In this document: positions 62,208 through 64,000 of the stretch, in pieces
Numbering within the stretch: position 1 is the first letter of the stretch
How the letters are laid out: the number at the start of each line of letters is the position of its first letter
Source: Nemertoderma westbladi
Taxonomy: Eukaryota; Animalia; Xenacoelomorpha
Length of the DNA stretch: 64,000 bases
Direction of reading: 5' to 3'
Assembly (NCBI GenBank): GCA_032718475.1
Contig: JAUCBJ010004412.1
Span: 20,813 to 84,812, forward strand
Made by a program: the position numbers and the translations under genes
Notes under the pieces: generated by a model
Told to the model about the DNA's origin: nothing
What the model saw: only the letters and a program-made list of their open reading frames with translations
The model's database searches: none

Positions 62208-62930
62208 TAGTGTACTTTTTAGTACTTTTTCACAAACTACAGTATAACTTAGACTAGTGAAAAAAGGTCGTGCTAATACTGTTAAAGTAAGGCCAACATA
62301 ATTTGTAACAAATACTCTTATGTTTGCTGTTTTATCCCACATTTTTACACTAGGATTTAATAATTTAAACAAACGCATTATATTTATTCAAATTCTTCAT
62401 GGTTTGGTTTTGAAAATAGCTTGATAATATATTAATGTTATTTAGTAGAACCTTCACATCGGCTATAAGGAAAAACCGTAAAACTGCTGGTAGGAAAAGT
62501 AAGTACTGTAGCTGTCTTATTTATTGTCAAATGGTTGAAAGAGTCAAAGGGTCGAAACGCTGTGTCAAAATGTCGAAACGATTTTGCCAATGTGTAAACG
62601 TTGGCTTGTAGTGAAATATATAGATAATACTGTAATAATAATGTCAATATATTTATCAACCCCTCGACAATCTGTCCGACCAACCTCAACCAACCAACTC
62701 AGTTGGGGACTGACGAATCTCTTTCCGACGGATCTATTTTTTTAGAGCGTCAGACTTCCAATCCTGAAGCCCCAGTTCGATCCCACCTGGACGTCATTGC
62801 CGACGTTGCAAAGCTGTGTCCAAAAAACGTTATAAATCTCTTTCTGGCAGACAAAAATACAGTAGGAAGCACCGAACCGGACTTTCTGTCAGACAGAAAT
62901 ATAGAAGATCTGAATTGTAGCCTCCTACTG

Positions 62931-63398
62931 TACTCAGTTTTTCTCCTCCTACTCAGTTTTTCTCCTCCTACTCAGTTTTTCTCCTCCTACTCAGTTTTTC
63001 TCCTCCTACTCAGTTTTTCTCCTCCTACTCAGTTTTTCTCCTCCTACTCAGTTTTTCTCCTCCTACTCAGTTTTTCTCCTCCTACTCAGTTTTTCTCCTC
63101 CTACTCAGTTTTTCTCCTCCTACTCAGTTTTTCTCCTCCTACTCAGTTTTTCTCCTCCTACTCAGTTTTTCTCCTCCTACTCAGTTTTTCTCCTCCTACT
63201 CAGTTTTTCTCCTCCTACTCAGTTTTTCTCCTCCTACTCAGTTTTTCTCCTCCTACTCAGTTTTTCTCCTCCTACTCAGTTTTTCTCCTCCTACTCAGTT
63301 TTTCTCCTCCTACTCAGTTTTTCTCCTCCTACTCAGTTTTTCTCCTCCTACTCAGTTTTTCTCCTCCTACTCAATTTTTCTCCTCCTACTCAGTTTTC
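62931..63398. repeat. 19-bp near-perfect minisatellite (~24 copies)
   Basis: Unit TACTCAGTTTTTCTCCTCC. Confidence 0.95.
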
Positions 63399-64000
63399 CC
63401 ATCCTACAGTACTCAGTTTATATTGGCAGTCATTCAGAATCCCACTTTCATTAATCGCCTCAGTAAAGATTTTATAAATTTGTTTTTTATTGCATCTAGA
63501 GCAGAATTAAATGGGGACTTAAATCTGAAAACAGCATAAGGAGATCTGAGTCAGGCTTTTCTAACAAAAACAACATCAAAACGTATAATAACTGGGTTTC
63601 AATTTCGACTCTTTGACAAGGCCTTTCGGCCCTTTTTGGCATGGTATTTTGACTTTTCGGACCTTTGAAACGTCTTTTCGATCCTTTGACTCTTTTGATC
63701 ATTTGACTCTTTCGAACCTTTGACTCTTTCGAACCTTTGACCAGAAACGTTTTGCTGCGGGCTTCCTGCATTTCTGTTCAAAGGAGGATCGAAAGTGTCA
63801 TACTGTAGTTATAATTTTATTACCATAGGCATACACCTTTCCCTCAATTGTTAACGGCTGGACTGAAAAAGTAACTAAGTTGGCTAAGTTGGTTTGACGT
63901 GTGTTTATTGATCTTTCAGGAAAAGTCCTCTTCATTTATGAAAAGTAAGCATTTTGGAATGATGCACAAACGAATCATGACAATATTATTTTGCGTGATG

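Noticed and set aside
62703-63539. 278-aa ORF
   Set aside because: Mostly translation of a stop-free 19-bp minisatellite, with a non-ATG start.

Overview
AT-rich eukaryotic (invertebrate-like) genomic DNA, dominated by nested transposons. There are two related, defective BEL/Pao LTR retrotransposons on the + strand. Element A spans 1010-16702 with ~1.2-kb LTRs and a 5-bp ATTCG target-site duplication (TSD). Element B spans 26709-51230 and is preceded by a truncated tandem copy sharing its 5' LTR. Neither element has a tRNA primer-binding site. In both, the 11-12 nt abutting the 5' LTR are complementary to a site inside the LTR, with a compensatory base change between A and B, which suggests Tf1-like self-priming in a BEL/Pao lineage. 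Both carry an extra 3' ORF region; in B it includes a 509-aa protein with three zinc-knuckle-like motifs. B hosts a near-intact Troyka-like Gypsy element (CG..CG LTR ends, 3-bp TSD) containing a tRNA-like Pol III cassette, a Sola-like MITE and an unclassified hairpin-rich 1.27-kb insert. Host sequence includes one Cys-loop (nAChR-like) receptor exon with a triplicated splice donor and a small single-TM ORF. The remainder is RTE-like LINE fragments, non-autonomous DNA transposons (one carrying a 4.2-kb satellite) and minisatellites. All calls come from reading the sequence by eye; no database searches were run.
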